Positions 1 to 11,177 of a stretch of DNA of 64,000 bases are shown in pieces. The number at the start of each line of letters is the position of its first letter. Position 1 is the stretch's first letter. This stretch comes from an uncultured Acidobacteriota bacterium. Its GTDB lineage: Bacteria; Acidobacteriota; UBA6911. Where the stretch lies: assembly GCA_963843575.1 (NCBI GenBank), contig CAWJKZ010000010.1, forward strand, positions 448,001 through 512,000. Reading direction: 5' to 3'. The notes under the pieces are model-generated. The model saw only the letters and a list, made by a program, of their open reading frames with translations, was not told the origin of the DNA and ran no database searches. The translations under genes were made by a program, and so were the position numbers.

Positions 1-803
1 GCAAGACCACCCTGATGAATCTCATGACCGGCCTCATCCACCCCGACCATGGCTCGATCACGATGCGCGGCATCTCGCCCCGGGATCCCGAACGCCTCAT
101 GCGCATCACCGGGTATGCCACCCAGTACGACGCCGCGCCTCGCTGGGCGACGGGCTTCAGCTTCATCACTACCGGACTGCTGCTTTTCGGTTACAGCCGC
201 GCGGAGGCCGAGGAGAGGGCGTGGAAGGCGCTGGAGCGCCTGAGCCTCACCGAAGCGGCCCACAGGAAGGTGGCGGCCTATTCCAAGGGAATGCGCCAGC
301 GCGTCCGCCTGGCCCAGGCCATCGCCCACGAACCCGAACTGCTGGTGCTCGACGAGCCTCTCAACGGGCTCGACCCGCTCGTGCGCGCCGAAACCATCAC
401 CCTGTTCCGCGAGTGGGCGGCTCAGGGGAGGCACGTGATCCTCTCCAGCCACGTCCTGCAGGAGGTGGACGTGATCAGCGACCAGATCGTCCTCATCGCC
501 AACGGCATGATCGTCGCCGAAGGGGAGATCCGCAATGTCCGCGAGGAGATCCACGAACACCCGAGCCAGTTCATCATCCGCTGCCGAGAACCCGCGCGGG
601 TCGCCGCGCTGCTCTTCCAGGAAGACCACATCACCCAGGTCAGCCTCAACGACGACCGGGGTGGCATGCTCGTGATGACCCGGGACCGGGAGAAGTTTTC
701 GCGGGCGCTGGGCCGCATTGCGCTCAACGGCTACAAGATCGAGGGCGTCATCCCCGCCGACGAAAACGTCGACGCGTTGTATGAATACCTCATTGGATCG
801 TAA
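1..803 (+). CDS. ABC transporter ATP-binding protein (5' end outside window)
   Basis: End of Walker A (KTT) at the window edge, signature YSKGMRQR, Walker B LLVLDEP, H-loop SSH. Confidence 0.95.
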   Translation, partial: KTTLMNLMTGLIHPDHGSITMRGISPRDPERLMRITGYATQYDAAPRWATGFSFITTGLLLFGYSRAEAEERAWKALERLSLTEAAHRKVAAYSKGMRQRVRLAQAIAHEPELLVLDEPLNGLDPLVRAETITLFREWAAQGRHVILSSHVLQEVDVISDQIVLIANGMIVAEGEIRNVREEIHEHPSQFIIRCREPARVAALLFQEDHITQVSLNDDRGGMLVMTRDREKFSRALGRIALNGYKIEGVIPADENVDALYEYLIGS

Positions 804-821
804 ACCGGGGACTGGGTGTTT

Positions 822-901
822 TGGAGTGCGGTGCCTCGGCACCGCTTTCGCGGCGGCGCCTAGGCGCCGCCCACAAAGCGGCGTCCAGCCGCCGCACTCC
901 A
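822..901. repeat. REP-like palindromic element, family A
   Basis: TGGAGTGCGG...CCGCACTCCA inverted ends with internal GGCGCCTAGGCGCC hairpin. Confidence 0.9.
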
Positions 902-914
902 GAGGTCGGCAACG

Positions 915-2453
915 ATGAAAACCCGATACCCGACACCGGCTTTTCAGGCCTGGATCATCGCCAGGATCGAGTTGCGGCGCGCCTTCCTGTCGAAGCGGGC
1001 GTTCTGGGTGTATGGGCTCGCTCTGCTGCCGGCCGTGATCTTTTTCGGGCACGGCGTCGAAGTGAAGATCCGGCGGGACCGGCTCTCGGCGCAGGGCATC
1101 CTGCAGCCCGCCCTGATCGACGGCATACGCGACGGCGAAACGGACGAGGCGGTGCTGCAGCGGCTCGGGACGCCGGCCCGCGACGACCACTGGGAGAGCC
1201 GCAAACGCGTCCGCGCCGAGGGCGCGACCACTAGCGTCACGACGCACGGGGTCGACCCGGCCGTGGACGCCCGGTTTGTCCGCCTGAACATCACACGGCC
1301 CACCTATGGCGGCGACCATAGCGCGAGGATCTACGAATTCGAAGTGTACGGTCCCGACGGCGCCACCAACCTGGCACTGCGTCGTCCGGCCACCGGCAGT
1401 GCGCCGTGCAGCGACGAGGAAGGCCCGGAGAAGGCCTTCAACGGCAGCATTTCGGGCGGCAACAGCGACAAGTGGTGCACGGACGAGTGGGACCGCTTCC
1501 TGCAGGTCGACCTCGGTGCGGTCACGAAGGTGAAACGGTTCGTGGTCAAGCACGCCAGCGCCGGCGGCGAGGACGAGGAGCTCGACACGCGCGAGTTCAA
1601 CATCCAGGTGAGCACCGACGGAAGGATGTTCACGACGGTCGTAAACGCCACGGGCGCGAGGTTCGTCGACGAGCGGTCTTCGCACCGCAGGCTCGTCTAC
1701 TTCGACGGGCGACGCGTAGCTCGCCTGACCTTCTCCGACGGGAAGCTCGCCTCGAGAGACCTCAGCCCGCTGCTGAACTTCGAGGAGGATCGCCAGGTCT
1801 TCGCCGGTATCTTCCAGTTCTTCTACCTGCGGCTGGCGATCTTCTTCGGGTGCCTGGGCATCTTCATGAACCTTTTCCGCGGCGAGATGCTGGACAAGAC
1901 CCTGCACTTCTGGTTCCTGGCTCCCGCCCGCCGTGAAGTGCTCCTGGCCGGAAAGTACGGCGCCGGCCTGATCGCCTCGACCACCATCTTTGCCGGCGGC
2001 GCCCTCCTGTGTTTTGCGGCGATGATCTGGCCACACAACCCGATCGAGGTACAGGCCTACTGGCGGGGCGCCGGCATGGCGCACGCCTTCTGGTACACGG
2101 CGGCTGCCGTGCTCGGTTGCGTCGGCTACGGTAGCGTGTTTCTTGCCGCCGGACTGCTTTTGCGCAACCCGATCATCCCGGCTGCCGTGCTTCTCGGCTG
2201 GGAGGGCATCAACGGCTTCCTCCCCGAGATCCTGCAGAAGCTGAGCGTGTTGTATTACCTGCAATCGCTGTGCCCAGTTCCGGTTCCTACCGACAAGAAC
2301 GCGCCGGCGCTCCTACAGCTGCTGCTGTCCCCCGCCGCGCCCGCATCCCGCCTGGGCGCGGTCACCGGCCTGCTGGCCGTAACCGCGCTCCTGCTCTGCC
2401 TCGCGCGCTTCGCCATCCGCCGCATGCAGGTCTCTTACGGCACCGAGAATTAG
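915..2453 (+). CDS. ABC-2 type permease with extracytoplasmic discoidin (F5/8 type C, CBM32-like) domain
   Basis: One N-terminal and several C-terminal TM helices; motifs ARFVRLNIT, ARIYEFEVYG, NLAL, LQVDLG, FNIQVSTDG; follows the ABC ATPase. Confidence 0.85.
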   Translation: MKTRYPTPAFQAWIIARIELRRAFLSKRAFWVYGLALLPAVIFFGHGVEVKIRRDRLSAQGILQPALIDGIRDGETDEAVLQRLGTPARDDHWESRKRVRAEGATTSVTTHGVDPAVDARFVRLNITRPTYGGDHSARIYEFEVYGPDGATNLALRRPATGSAPCSDEEGPEKAFNGSISGGNSDKWCTDEWDRFLQVDLGAVTKVKRFVVKHASAGGEDEELDTREFNIQVSTDGRMFTTVVNATGARFVDERSSHRRLVYFDGRRVARLTFSDGKLASRDLSPLLNFEEDRQVFAGIFQFFYLRLAIFFGCLGIFMNLFRGEMLDKTLHFWFLAPARREVLLAGKYGAGLIASTTIFAGGALLCFAAMIWPHNPIEVQAYWRGAGMAHAFWYTAAAVLGCVGYGSVFLAAGLLLRNPIIPAAVLLGWEGINGFLPEILQKLSVLYYLQSLCPVPVPTDKNAPALLQLLLSPAAPASRLGAVTGLLAVTALLLCLARFAIRRMQVSYGTEN

Positions 2454-2469
2454 TTTTAACCGAGCGATC

Positions 2470-2754
2470 AAGTGGATCCGGGCTTTCAGCCCGGACGCAG
2501 TTTGCGGTCGCTAGAACGTGCGCCCGGCCATGGGATCGGATCAAGTCGGAAGACGTCCGGGCGTGGAAGCCCGGAGCCCGGACCTGTTTTACGGGCAGGG
2601 CGGGCGGTTCAATCGTCGGACAGCCTCTTCAGCCCGGACGCAGTTTGGGGCCGCTATAACGTGCGCCCGTCGCCACATAGATCAGATCAAAAGACGTCCG
2701 GGCTGAAGCCCGGACCCACGTGAATCGGACAGCCTCTTCAGCTCGGACCCACTT
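2470..2754. repeat. REP/REPIN cluster, family B (BIME-like)
   Basis: Several GTCCGGGC-TTCA-GCCCGGAC palindromes in alternating orientation with spacers shared with other loci. Confidence 0.9.
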
Positions 2755-2787
2755 GAGTTTCTGGTGCGAGTGCATCATGCTGCAACC

Positions 2788-5259
2788 ATGCCGGGCCAAT
2801 TCCTGTCCGATCTCCGCATCGCCCTGAGGGCGTTGTCCAGGAGCCCCGGATTCACGGGCGCGGCGGTGTTGACCCTGGCGCTCGGCATCGGCGTCAACAC
2901 GGCCATCTTCAGCCTCGCCGACGCCGTGCTCTTCCGACCATTCCCGGTCCGGGAACCGGATCGCCTGGCGGTGCTCTACACGACGGCGACCGCCAACTCG
3001 AGCTACGCCAGCACATCCTACCCGGACTACCTCGACTACGGCGAGCTCGACGCGGTCTTCACCGGGTTGCTGGCGTACGCGCGCATGCCCTTGATGTTCA
3101 GCGACGGACAGGGCACCGAGCGTGTCGGGGGGGAGGCCGTGTCGGCCAACTATTTCGATCTCCTCGGCCTGGCTGTCGCCCCGGGACGGGGGTTCCGCAC
3201 CTCGGACGAGGCTCACGGATCCGAGTTGACGGCGGTTCTCGGCCACAGCCTCTGGCAGCGCCGCTTCGGCGGCGATCCGGCTATCGTCGGGAAGAGCGTC
3301 AGGATCGACGGGCAGAGCCTGACGGTGATCGGGATCGCGCCCGCGGGATTTCGCGGCATCACCCTCGATTGGGGCACGCCGCCGGAAGTGTGGATCCTGC
3401 TGCGGTCCTTCGACCGGGTCGTGCCCACCTGGGGCCTGCCCGGGGCACAGGACATCCTGCAGAGCCGCGCAGCCCGCTGGCTTCTGGTTGTCGGGCGCCT
3501 GCGCCCGGGCGTCACGCTACGCACAGGCCCGCGCCGCAGTCACCCTGCGGGCGCGGCAGCTCGAGCTCGCGCACCCGCAAACCAACGCGGGCTGGACCGG
3601 GACGCTGCTGCCCGGATCGGAGGCTCGCTTCTGGCCCGCTTACCGGAAATCGATCGTGTCGCTCCTGGCCCTGCTCGTATCGGCCGCCGGCCTGGTGTTG
3701 TTGATCGCCTGCGCCAACGTGGCCAACCTCCTGCTCGCGCGCGCGACCGCACGACAGCGGGAAATCGCGATCCGTGCCGCGCTCGGGGCGGGGCGGCTGC
3801 GCCTGATGCGCCAGATGATTGCCGAAAGCGTGGTCCTGTCGGCCTTCGGGCTGACCTTTAGCTTCCTGGCAGCCTCCTGGATGCTCCGCCTGCTCTCGGG
3901 GGTTTTCCCTCCCGTTCAGAATCCCGCTTGCGCTGAACCTGAGGATGGATCTGCGGGTGTTCGCCCTGGCGGTCCTCGGCGCGCTCCTGACGACCTTCCT
4001 TTTCGGTCTGCTCCCGACCCTTCACATGTCGAGGCCGGACGTGCGGGCGGCCCTGCAGGGCGGAGGCTACAGTTCCTCGGCGCGCAGGTCCTGGGCCCGC
4101 GGGATGCTGGTCGTCGCCCAGGTCGCGATCTCGCTCGTGCTGCTCACCGGCGCGGGGCTGTTTGCCCGCACGCTGCACAAGGCAAGGGCCATCGACACCG
4201 GCTTCAGTGCGGACCACGTCCTGGTCCTCTCGGTCGACCTCCTTTCGGCGAGGTACGCCGAAAGCACGGGAATGGAATTGTACCGGGGACTACTGGAACG
4301 CGTGGGCCGGCTTCCGGGAGTCGTCTCCACCACCTGGGCCGGAGACGTGCCGCTGGCCGTGCGCCGCCTGCTCATCCGCTTCGTCAAAGGGGAACGAGAC
4401 GTCGTCGCTGAGCACGAGTGGATGCGGGCGGAATGCAATGTCGTCGGACCCCGGTACTTCGCAACCTTGCGGATACCGCTCGTCAGGGGACGGGACTTCA
4501 CAGACAGGGACAACGACACGGCGCCGGGCGCCGTAATCATCAATGAGTCGATGGCACGGGCGTACTGGCCCGGAGAGGATCCCGTCGGCAAGAGGATCAA
4601 GGTGCACGGCAGGGCGCGACAACTGTACGAGATCGTCGGTGTCGCCGCCCCCTCGCCATGTCTCCCTCTGGGACAACCCCGGCCCTTACCTGTACCTGCC
4701 GCTGTATCAGCGATATTTCCCGGAGATGATGCTTCACGTCAGAGTGGCGGGAGATCCGATGTCCCTTCTGCCCGCCATCCGCCGCGAAATCCAGGCCATC
4801 GACCGGGAGTTGCCCGTGTACGATGGCGGTACCCTGATCGACCAGATCACCACAGCGGTTTCCGCACAGCGGATGGCGGCGGCATTGCTCGGCGCTTCGG
4901 GCGTTCTCGCATTGGTGCTCGCAGTCGTCGGCGTCTATGGCGTGATGGCGTACGACACGAGCCGGCGCACGCGTGAGTTCGGGATCCGGGTCGCTCTCGG
5001 GGCCGGGCGGCAGAGCATCCTCCGGCTCGTGTTGCGCGACGGAGCCGTTCTGGTCGGACTCGGGCTGGCGGTGGGGTTGGCCCTGGCCGTCGGACTGACG
5101 CGCCTGGCCGCAGGTTTTCTGCACGGGATCAGCCCAACGGATCCTCTGACCTTCGCCTCGATTTCTCTGATCCTGGTCTTGGCCGCCGCGGCGGCCTGCT
5201 ACCTGCCTGCCTTGAGGGCAGCGCGGATCGACCCTTTGACTGCGCTCAGGCAGGAGTAG
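2788..5259 (+). CDS. ADOP-family duplicated ABC permease (MacB/FtsX-like), frameshifted near 3520, 3905 and 4650
   Basis: TLALGIGVNTAIFS, LLIACANVANLLLAR, REIAIRAALGAGR, RRTREFGIRVALGA, RAARIDPLTALRQE spread over four consecutive ORFs. Confidence 0.9.
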
Positions 5260-5312
5260 AGGACGGCGAGCCGGAGTGTCGGCTCGGGAGGAGCGGGGCG
5301 GGCAGGCTTCCG

Positions 5313-5566
5313 TCAGGGCTGGGGGCCGAGGCAGGCCAGATCGCGCTCCAACTGGGAGAGAGCCTCCCGGAGCATCTGGCGATAGCGCTCGTGCCGTGCT
5401 CTCTCCAGGTCTTGCAGAACCCGCGTCCTGGTCAGGGCAGCCCCTCTCTCTCGCGGAGGATCTCGGCCTCGGAGGCGTTCAACGGGATTCTCTTGTAGTC
5501 CCGCTGCTCGCCCTCGGCCGTTTCGATTTGTGCTTCAACCGTCTTGCTTTCCCATCCTCTGGCCAT
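5313..5566 (-). CDS. Small helical hypothetical protein (MARGWESK...), one frameshift near 5435; absent from ORF track
   Basis: Manual translation MARGWESKTVEAQIETAE...REREGL / LTRTRVLQDLERARHERYRQMLREALSQLERDL; resembles from memory a conserved Acidobacteria small protein. Confidence 0.6.
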
Positions 5567-5619
5567 CTAGATATTATATCATCGCAGATAGGGTTTGCGA
5601 AAGGTCGCTGCGCGGCTGA

Positions 5620-6805
5620 CTAGCGCCCGCGAGCGCTTACACGTGTCAGCGAAAAGAGCAGCACACTGGCCAGCAGCGCCAGGGCCGCACCCGTGCCGAG
5701 CGCGACGCCGGATGAGTATCTCTGCCAGAGGAATCCTGCCAGGAGCGACGAGGGCAGGGCGGCGACACCCAGGGTGAAGTGGTAGATGCCGAATGCGGTC
5801 CCGCGCAGGGCGGCAGGCACAAGGTCTGTGACGAAGGCTTTCTCCACCCCTTCGGTCAAGCCGAAGTAGAGCCCGTAGGCCGCAAACAGCAGCCAGGCCG
5901 TGGAGTGCGGTCGAGGCCAGGGTGAATCCGAGGTACACGGCCGCATAGACAACCCAGCCTGCAACCACGAGGCGCGTGCGGCCCAGGCGGTCCGACAGGA
6001 TCCCTCCGGGCGTCGACGAGAGTGCCTTGACCCCGTGGAAGACAATCCACACGAGCGGGATGAAGGCTACCGGCACGCCGAGTTCCCGCGAGCGCAGAAT
6101 GAGGAACGCATCGGAGGAGTTCCCCAGGGCGAAGATGGCCAGTATCACCAGAAAGAGCTTGAAGCGCCGGCTGAATGGCTTCAGCGACAATCGCAGCGGG
6201 AGATCGGGTGAAGAGACCGGGTCCCTGGCGGTTCCGATGCCGGCCAGGACGAGCACAAGCGCCGCCGCGCCCGGAATTGTCGACAACAGGAAAATCGCCG
6301 ACACCTGAAACGATCCGAAGGTGAGCAGCAGGAATGCCGCCAGCGACCCCGCCATGGCTCCGCCGTGATCCATCGCCCTGTTGAAACCGAAAGCCTTGCC
6401 GCGCTGCTCGAGGGGCGTGTTGTCGGCGATCATCGCGTCGCGCGGTGAAGTCCGCACGCCTTTACCGACGCGGTCGGCGAACCGCAAGACCAGCACCTGC
6501 CAACTGGAGGTGGCGACGCCGATCAATGGGCGGATGGCGTTCGAGAACCCGTATCCCGCGGCGGTCAGCAACCGCTTGTTCCCGAACCGGTCGGCAATCC
6601 AGCCGGAAAAGAGCTTGAGCAGGCTGGCCGTCGTCTCCGCCGTCCCCTCGACGAGGCCGATGAAGGAGATCGAAGCGCCGATAGACATCAGGTAGACCGG
6701 CAGGAGCGGGTAAATCATCTCGCTGGCAAAATCGTTGCACAGCGAAACCAGCCCCAGCAGGAATACTGTCGAGGAGAAACCGAGGATCTTCCTGTCGTGT
6801 TCCAT
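5620..6805 (-). CDS. MFS transporter, frameshift near 5900
   Basis: SLCNDFASEMIYPLLP, DRVGKGVRTSPRDAMIAD, GNSSDAFLILR; C-terminal TMs in ORF 5620..6045. Confidence 0.9.
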
Positions 6806-6841
6806 TTCCGGTAATCATCATAGCTGTCAACCCGCAAAATG

Positions 6842-6890
6842 TGGAGTGCGGCGGCTCGACGCCGCTTTGGTCAAGGCGCCTGGGCGCCGC
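6842..6890. repeat. REP family A, partial copy
   Basis: TGGAGTGCGGCGGCTCGACGCCGCTTTGG followed by GGCGCCTGGGCGCC. Confidence 0.85.
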
Positions 6891-7028
6891 CGCGGCTGAA
6901 TATTGCATTTGGTGTTTTCCATCGCGTCCGACGAGTTGACGCAGGTCCGCGCGGGTCAAAAATAGAGGCAACACTTGACCCGCCGATTCAGCAGCTGTTA
7001 GCTTTGCCCAATTGCGTGGGGCGAGAAC

Positions 7029-8368
7029 ATGAAGCCATTGTGGGTTCTGTCGGTTGTTTCGGTGTGCGCCGTTTGTCTCGGCGCGGACGTCAGGTCGGGG
7101 CCTTTGCCGCGCAGCAGCCCGGAAGCGCAAGGCGTCTCCTCGGCCGCCATCCGGGCGTTTGTCGAAGCGGCGGACACGCAGAGTCGACTCGATGCACAGC
7201 TTCATGCTCGTGCGCCATGGCCAGGTGGTGGCGGAGGGTGGTGGTCGCCGTACGACGCCCGACGCCGCCATCGCTGTATTCGTTGAGCAAGAGCTTCACC
7301 TCGACGGCCGTCGGGCTGGCCGTCGCGGAAGGGGAAGCTCAGCGTCGACGATCCGGTGCTGAAGTTCTTCCCCGACGACGCTCCGCCGAGCCGAGCGCCA
7401 ATCTCAAGGCGATGCGCGTGCGCGATCTGCTCCGCATGTCCACCGGCCAGCAGCAGACGACGTGGCGAGCTACGTCGCTTCGAAGCTCAAGCCTGGACCA
7501 AGACCTTTCTGTCGCATGCCGGTGCCGCACAAGCCCGGCACCCATTTCCTCTACAACACGCCGGCACTTACATGCTCTCGGCGATCGTGCAGAAGGTGAC
7601 GGGCATGACCGTGCTCGATTATCTGCGCCCGCGGCTGTTCGAGCCGCTGGGGATTGAAAACCCGCCTGGGAGGACCAGCCCGCAAGGGATCACGCTCGGC
7701 GGCTACGGGCTGAGCATCCGCACCGAGGACATCGCGAAGTTCGGCCAGCTCTACCTCCAGAAAGGGCGAGTGGGCGGGGAGCAACAGTTGGTGCCCGCGG
7801 CCTGGGTCGAAGCGGCCACGCGCGCCAGACCTCCAACGGCAGCAACCCGACGAGCGATTGGGACCAGGGCTACGGCTACCAGTTCTGGCGTTGCCGGCAC
7901 GGCGCTACCGCGGCGACGGCGCATTCGGGCAGTACTGCATCGTCCTGCCGGAACAGGATGCGGTGATCGCCATCACCAGCGGCGCCGAAACATGCAGGCC
8001 GTGCTCAACCTGGTCTGGGACAACCTGCTGCCGGCCATGAAGCCGGCGGCGCTGCCGCCCGATGACGCTGCGCAGGCGATCTGGCTCGGAGGGTTGCCGG
8101 CCCGGCGGTGCGACCCGCAGCCGGGAAGCCTGCGTCGCCTGTCGCCGCCGCGGTTTCCGGCAGACGATTCTCCTTCCCGGCGAACGACCGCGGCATCGAA
8201 TCGGTCGTGTTCGAGTTCGGCGACGCCAAGGCAACAGCGGCAGTCCGGACCGCCCAGCAGGACAGCCGCATCCCGTGCGGTTCAGGCGCCTGGGTCAACG
8301 GCCGGAGCGCCTTTGCGAACGGGCTGTGAGCCTCCCCGTGGACAGGGCCGAACACCCGGTGGCGGCCA
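7029..8368 (+). pseudogene. Serine hydrolase (beta-lactamase family), many frameshifts, 3' truncated
   Basis: Signal peptide, LPRSSPEAQGVSS, SLSKSFTS (SxxK), YN motif, DIAKFGQLYLQKG, YRGDGAFGQY in shifting frames. Confidence 0.85.
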
Positions 8369-9040
8369 ATTCCACGGCGAAGTACTTCGGATCGACCTGG
8401 TTGTTGTGGGTCACCTGGTCGATGGCCACAGCCCAGTCCTGCAGCACCGTCACCGGCCCTTCCAGCGTATACGCGAGCTTGTACGCGTGCGGGAAGTGTC
8501 AGCCCGTCGACCTGCTTGAAGTCGTCGAAGCGCTCGGAGATCAAGTAGACCGTGTCCCGCTGGCCGGATGACTGGGCGATATCCGTCTGCATGTTGGCCG
8601 GTTGCACAAGCCTGTACTGCGAGCCCACGTGGCGGAAGGTCTCGGGGTCGAAATAGAGGGAGATCTGCAGGTCGCCGGCCCCCTTGCTCGCCCTGTATTT
8701 CAGCTCATGCACCTGGCGGCCGTCGACCTTCTTTTGACCTGAGTAAGTCAGCTTGGGCTGCCGTTGCGCCGTGTTCAAGAGGGCCCAGGCGGTCGTGGTT
8801 GCCCCGCCCATCAACCCATCCTTGAGCATCACGTCGTGAAGATATACGAATCCCGACAGCGCAGAGCGCTGACCGGGCCTCACCCAGCCGGTCGTGACGC
8901 GGCTCCCGTCATACGCGAGCTGCTCGCCCGGGTAGTCCAGCGAGGCGAAGGTCAATCCGATCCGGATTTTCCCCTGCTCGGAAACAATGCCGCACTTGCC
9001 TCGCAATTCGCCGTGACCGCCCAGCCGGAAATTGACTTGC
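8369..9040 (-). pseudogene. Fragment of a secreted hypothetical protein (lipoprotein-sorting-like), no start or stop found
   Basis: YPGEQLAYDG, LYFDPETFRHV, ERFDDFKQVDGLTLP; fused in frame behind the Nif3-like fragment. Confidence 0.55.
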
Positions 9041-9780
9041 GCCGGTTTGTACATGCAGCGCTGGGGGATATGGTGCACAGGCACCTGGGGGAACTTCCCC
9101 CTCAGGTGCTCCGCCAGCAGCTTCATGGAGTATTCCTCGGACACCGGGTGGTTGACGACGGCGACCGGGAATCCCGTGTCGATCGCGAAGGCGCCGTCGC
9201 GCCAGTTGGTGAAATCGTCGTCGGTGCAGATGGCCATGTCCGCCGCGAGCTTCTCGATGAAGTGGAACATCGGGGTGATCGCGCCCGTCCCCAGCACCAG
9301 GCGGCGGACAGCCTTGTCTCCCGGGCCGATCAGCTGGACCGCTGGCTGGCCCATGGGAGCGGTGCGGGCTGCGATCTGCCGGGCAATGTCGGCGGCCGTT
9401 CGGCCCTTGCCGTCGTAGACATAGTAGTAGCCGGACCCGTCGATCGGGCTGCCGAGTTCCAGCAGTTTACCCCAACCCGTCGGTATGCCGATCTCCGGGT
9501 ACTGGTCCCACACGTCGTGGCAACGGACGATCACGAGGCCGTTTTTCTCGATGAACTCCCGCTTTGCTTTCACCTGCGGAAAGCGGAATATGTCAGGATC
9601 GTTGTCCCTGTGGTTGTAATAGGTGGGCTCGTGCGTGACAAACAGGTTGCAGCCCAGTTCCAGCGCCTTCTTCAGCGCGCCGGTGTAGGACATCCACCCC
9701 ACCGCGATGCCCTTCACGACAGCCTCGGGCGCGCCGGACTTGAACGTGTCAACCGACGTCTTCCAGTCGACCCACCCGCC
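9041..9780 (-). pseudogene. Nif3-like dinuclear metal centre protein, N-terminus missing
   Basis: VDTFKSG, VKGIAVGW, NLFVTHEPTYY, RCHDVWD, NHPVSEE. Confidence 0.8.
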
Positions 9781-10930
9781 GGACCCGGCGCAGGCGGAGC
9801 TCGACGCCACCGTCCGGCTGCCCTCCGGCAAGACCATGACGGTCCCGGGCTTCTGGTTCCAGGACTACCGCCGCTCGCTGGCCAACCCCGAGGCCGAGGG
9901 CAGGGACCGCGTCGAGGTGCTCGCTCCGGCCGGCACCCCGGAATGGCGCGTGCGCTTCGCCACCCCGCGAATGCCGGCCGCCACACCGTCACCCTGGAAT
10001 TGCGGGAGCCGGCAGGGGTGCGCCGCAGCGCGGAACAGGCCGTCGCGGTACGCCCCGCCGCGCCCCGCGGCTGGGTGCGGGTCAGCCCGCGCAACCCCCG
10101 TTACCTCGAAGACGGCGCCGGCCACACCTTCTTTCCCCTCGGCCAGAACCTCTGCATGTACGAGCGCAAGGAGGGCACCTACTACTACGACCGGCTGCTG
10201 GGGAAGCTCTCCGCCGCGGGCGGCAACTACGCGCGGCTGTGGCAGGAATACTACGTGCCCAACGATCTTGCGAAGCCCGCCGCGGCGGGCGACGGCAGCT
10301 TCACCGGCTTCCCGCTCGAAACCACCGCCACCGGCCTGGGCCGCTACGATCTGGCCTCCGCGTGGCGCCTCGATTACGTGGCGGAGCTCTGCGAGCGCCC
10401 CGGCGTCTACTGGCAGCTCGCCTCCGAAATGGTGGTGTGGTGGGAGCCCCGCCTGGCCTACCGCTGGAAGCGCAACCCGTACAACGCCGCCAACGGCGGG
10501 CCGTGCGCCAGGCCGGTGGATTACTTCACCGACCCGCGCGCGCGCGAACTGGTGCGCCGCCGCCTGCGCTACAACGTGGCGCGCTGGGGCTGGGCCACCA
10601 GGCTCGCGGCCTGGGAGCTGTGGAACGAGGTGGATAACATGGAGGGCTTCGACCCCGCCGCCAACGCCGCCTGGCACCGCGAGATGGGCGCCTACCTGAA
10701 GCGCATCGATCCCTGGCGCCACCTGGTCACCTCGAGCTGGCGCGACCCGAAGATGTTCGCGCGCCCGGAGATCGACATCGTGCAGGCGCATTCCTACTTC
10801 GGCCCCCAGTACGACGCCGCCCAGTACACACTGCAGGACACCGACCACCTGATGCGGCCCTTCGGCAAGCCGTTCTTCTTCGGCGAGCAGGGCATCGAGG
10901 GGCCCGTCTCGGTGGACCCCGACGGCAAGC
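9781..10930 (+). pseudogene. DUF5060-like domain plus clan-A glycoside hydrolase fragment, both ends missing, frameshift near 9965
   Basis: PSGKTMTVPGFW, WRVRF, GGNYARLW, RYNVARWG, AWELWNEVD, KPFFFGEQG. Confidence 0.7.
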
Positions 10931-11016
10931 TTTGGCTACGGCATCGAACTGAAGCCGCCGGAATTCTGGGGGGACATCGCGGCCCGAATTATCCGCAAAG
11001 ATCTTCGGTGGTGATA

Positions 11017-11117
11017 TGGAGTGCGGCGGCTCGACGCCGCTTTGGTCCCGGCGCCTAGGCGCCGGGTATTCCGGCCATAGCAACTAAGCGAAAGCGGTGC
11101 CGAGGCACCGCACTCCA
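11017..11117. repeat. REP family A, full doublet
   Basis: Inverted GGAGTGCGG ends; middle nearly identical to 16784-16882. Confidence 0.92.
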
Positions 11118-11122
11118 AAGAA

Positions 11123-11155
11123 GGCCCCCTGCCGGCCAGGATTCGGCAGGGGGCC
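11123..11155 (-). terminator. Probable intrinsic terminator of the TonB receptor gene
   Basis: 12-bp stem GGCCCCCTGCCG/CGGCAGGGGGCC followed by TTCTTT on the minus strand. Confidence 0.6.
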
Positions 11156-11177
11156 CTATGCCGCGCACGACCTGGGG

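Noticed and set aside
821-1234. ORFs starting MECG or [10 protein letters not shown] (also 6839, 58307 and the 5' extension of the 52909-53934 ORF)
   Set aside because: They are translations of REP family A, not a protein family.
2470-2754. Repeat clusters as CRISPR arrays
   Set aside because: Units alternate in orientation, spacers recur between loci, and there are no cas genes.
8005-9837. 610-aa ORF as a genuine Nif3 fusion protein
   Set aside because: Made of unrelated truncated fragments with no real start; lies in the mosaic region.
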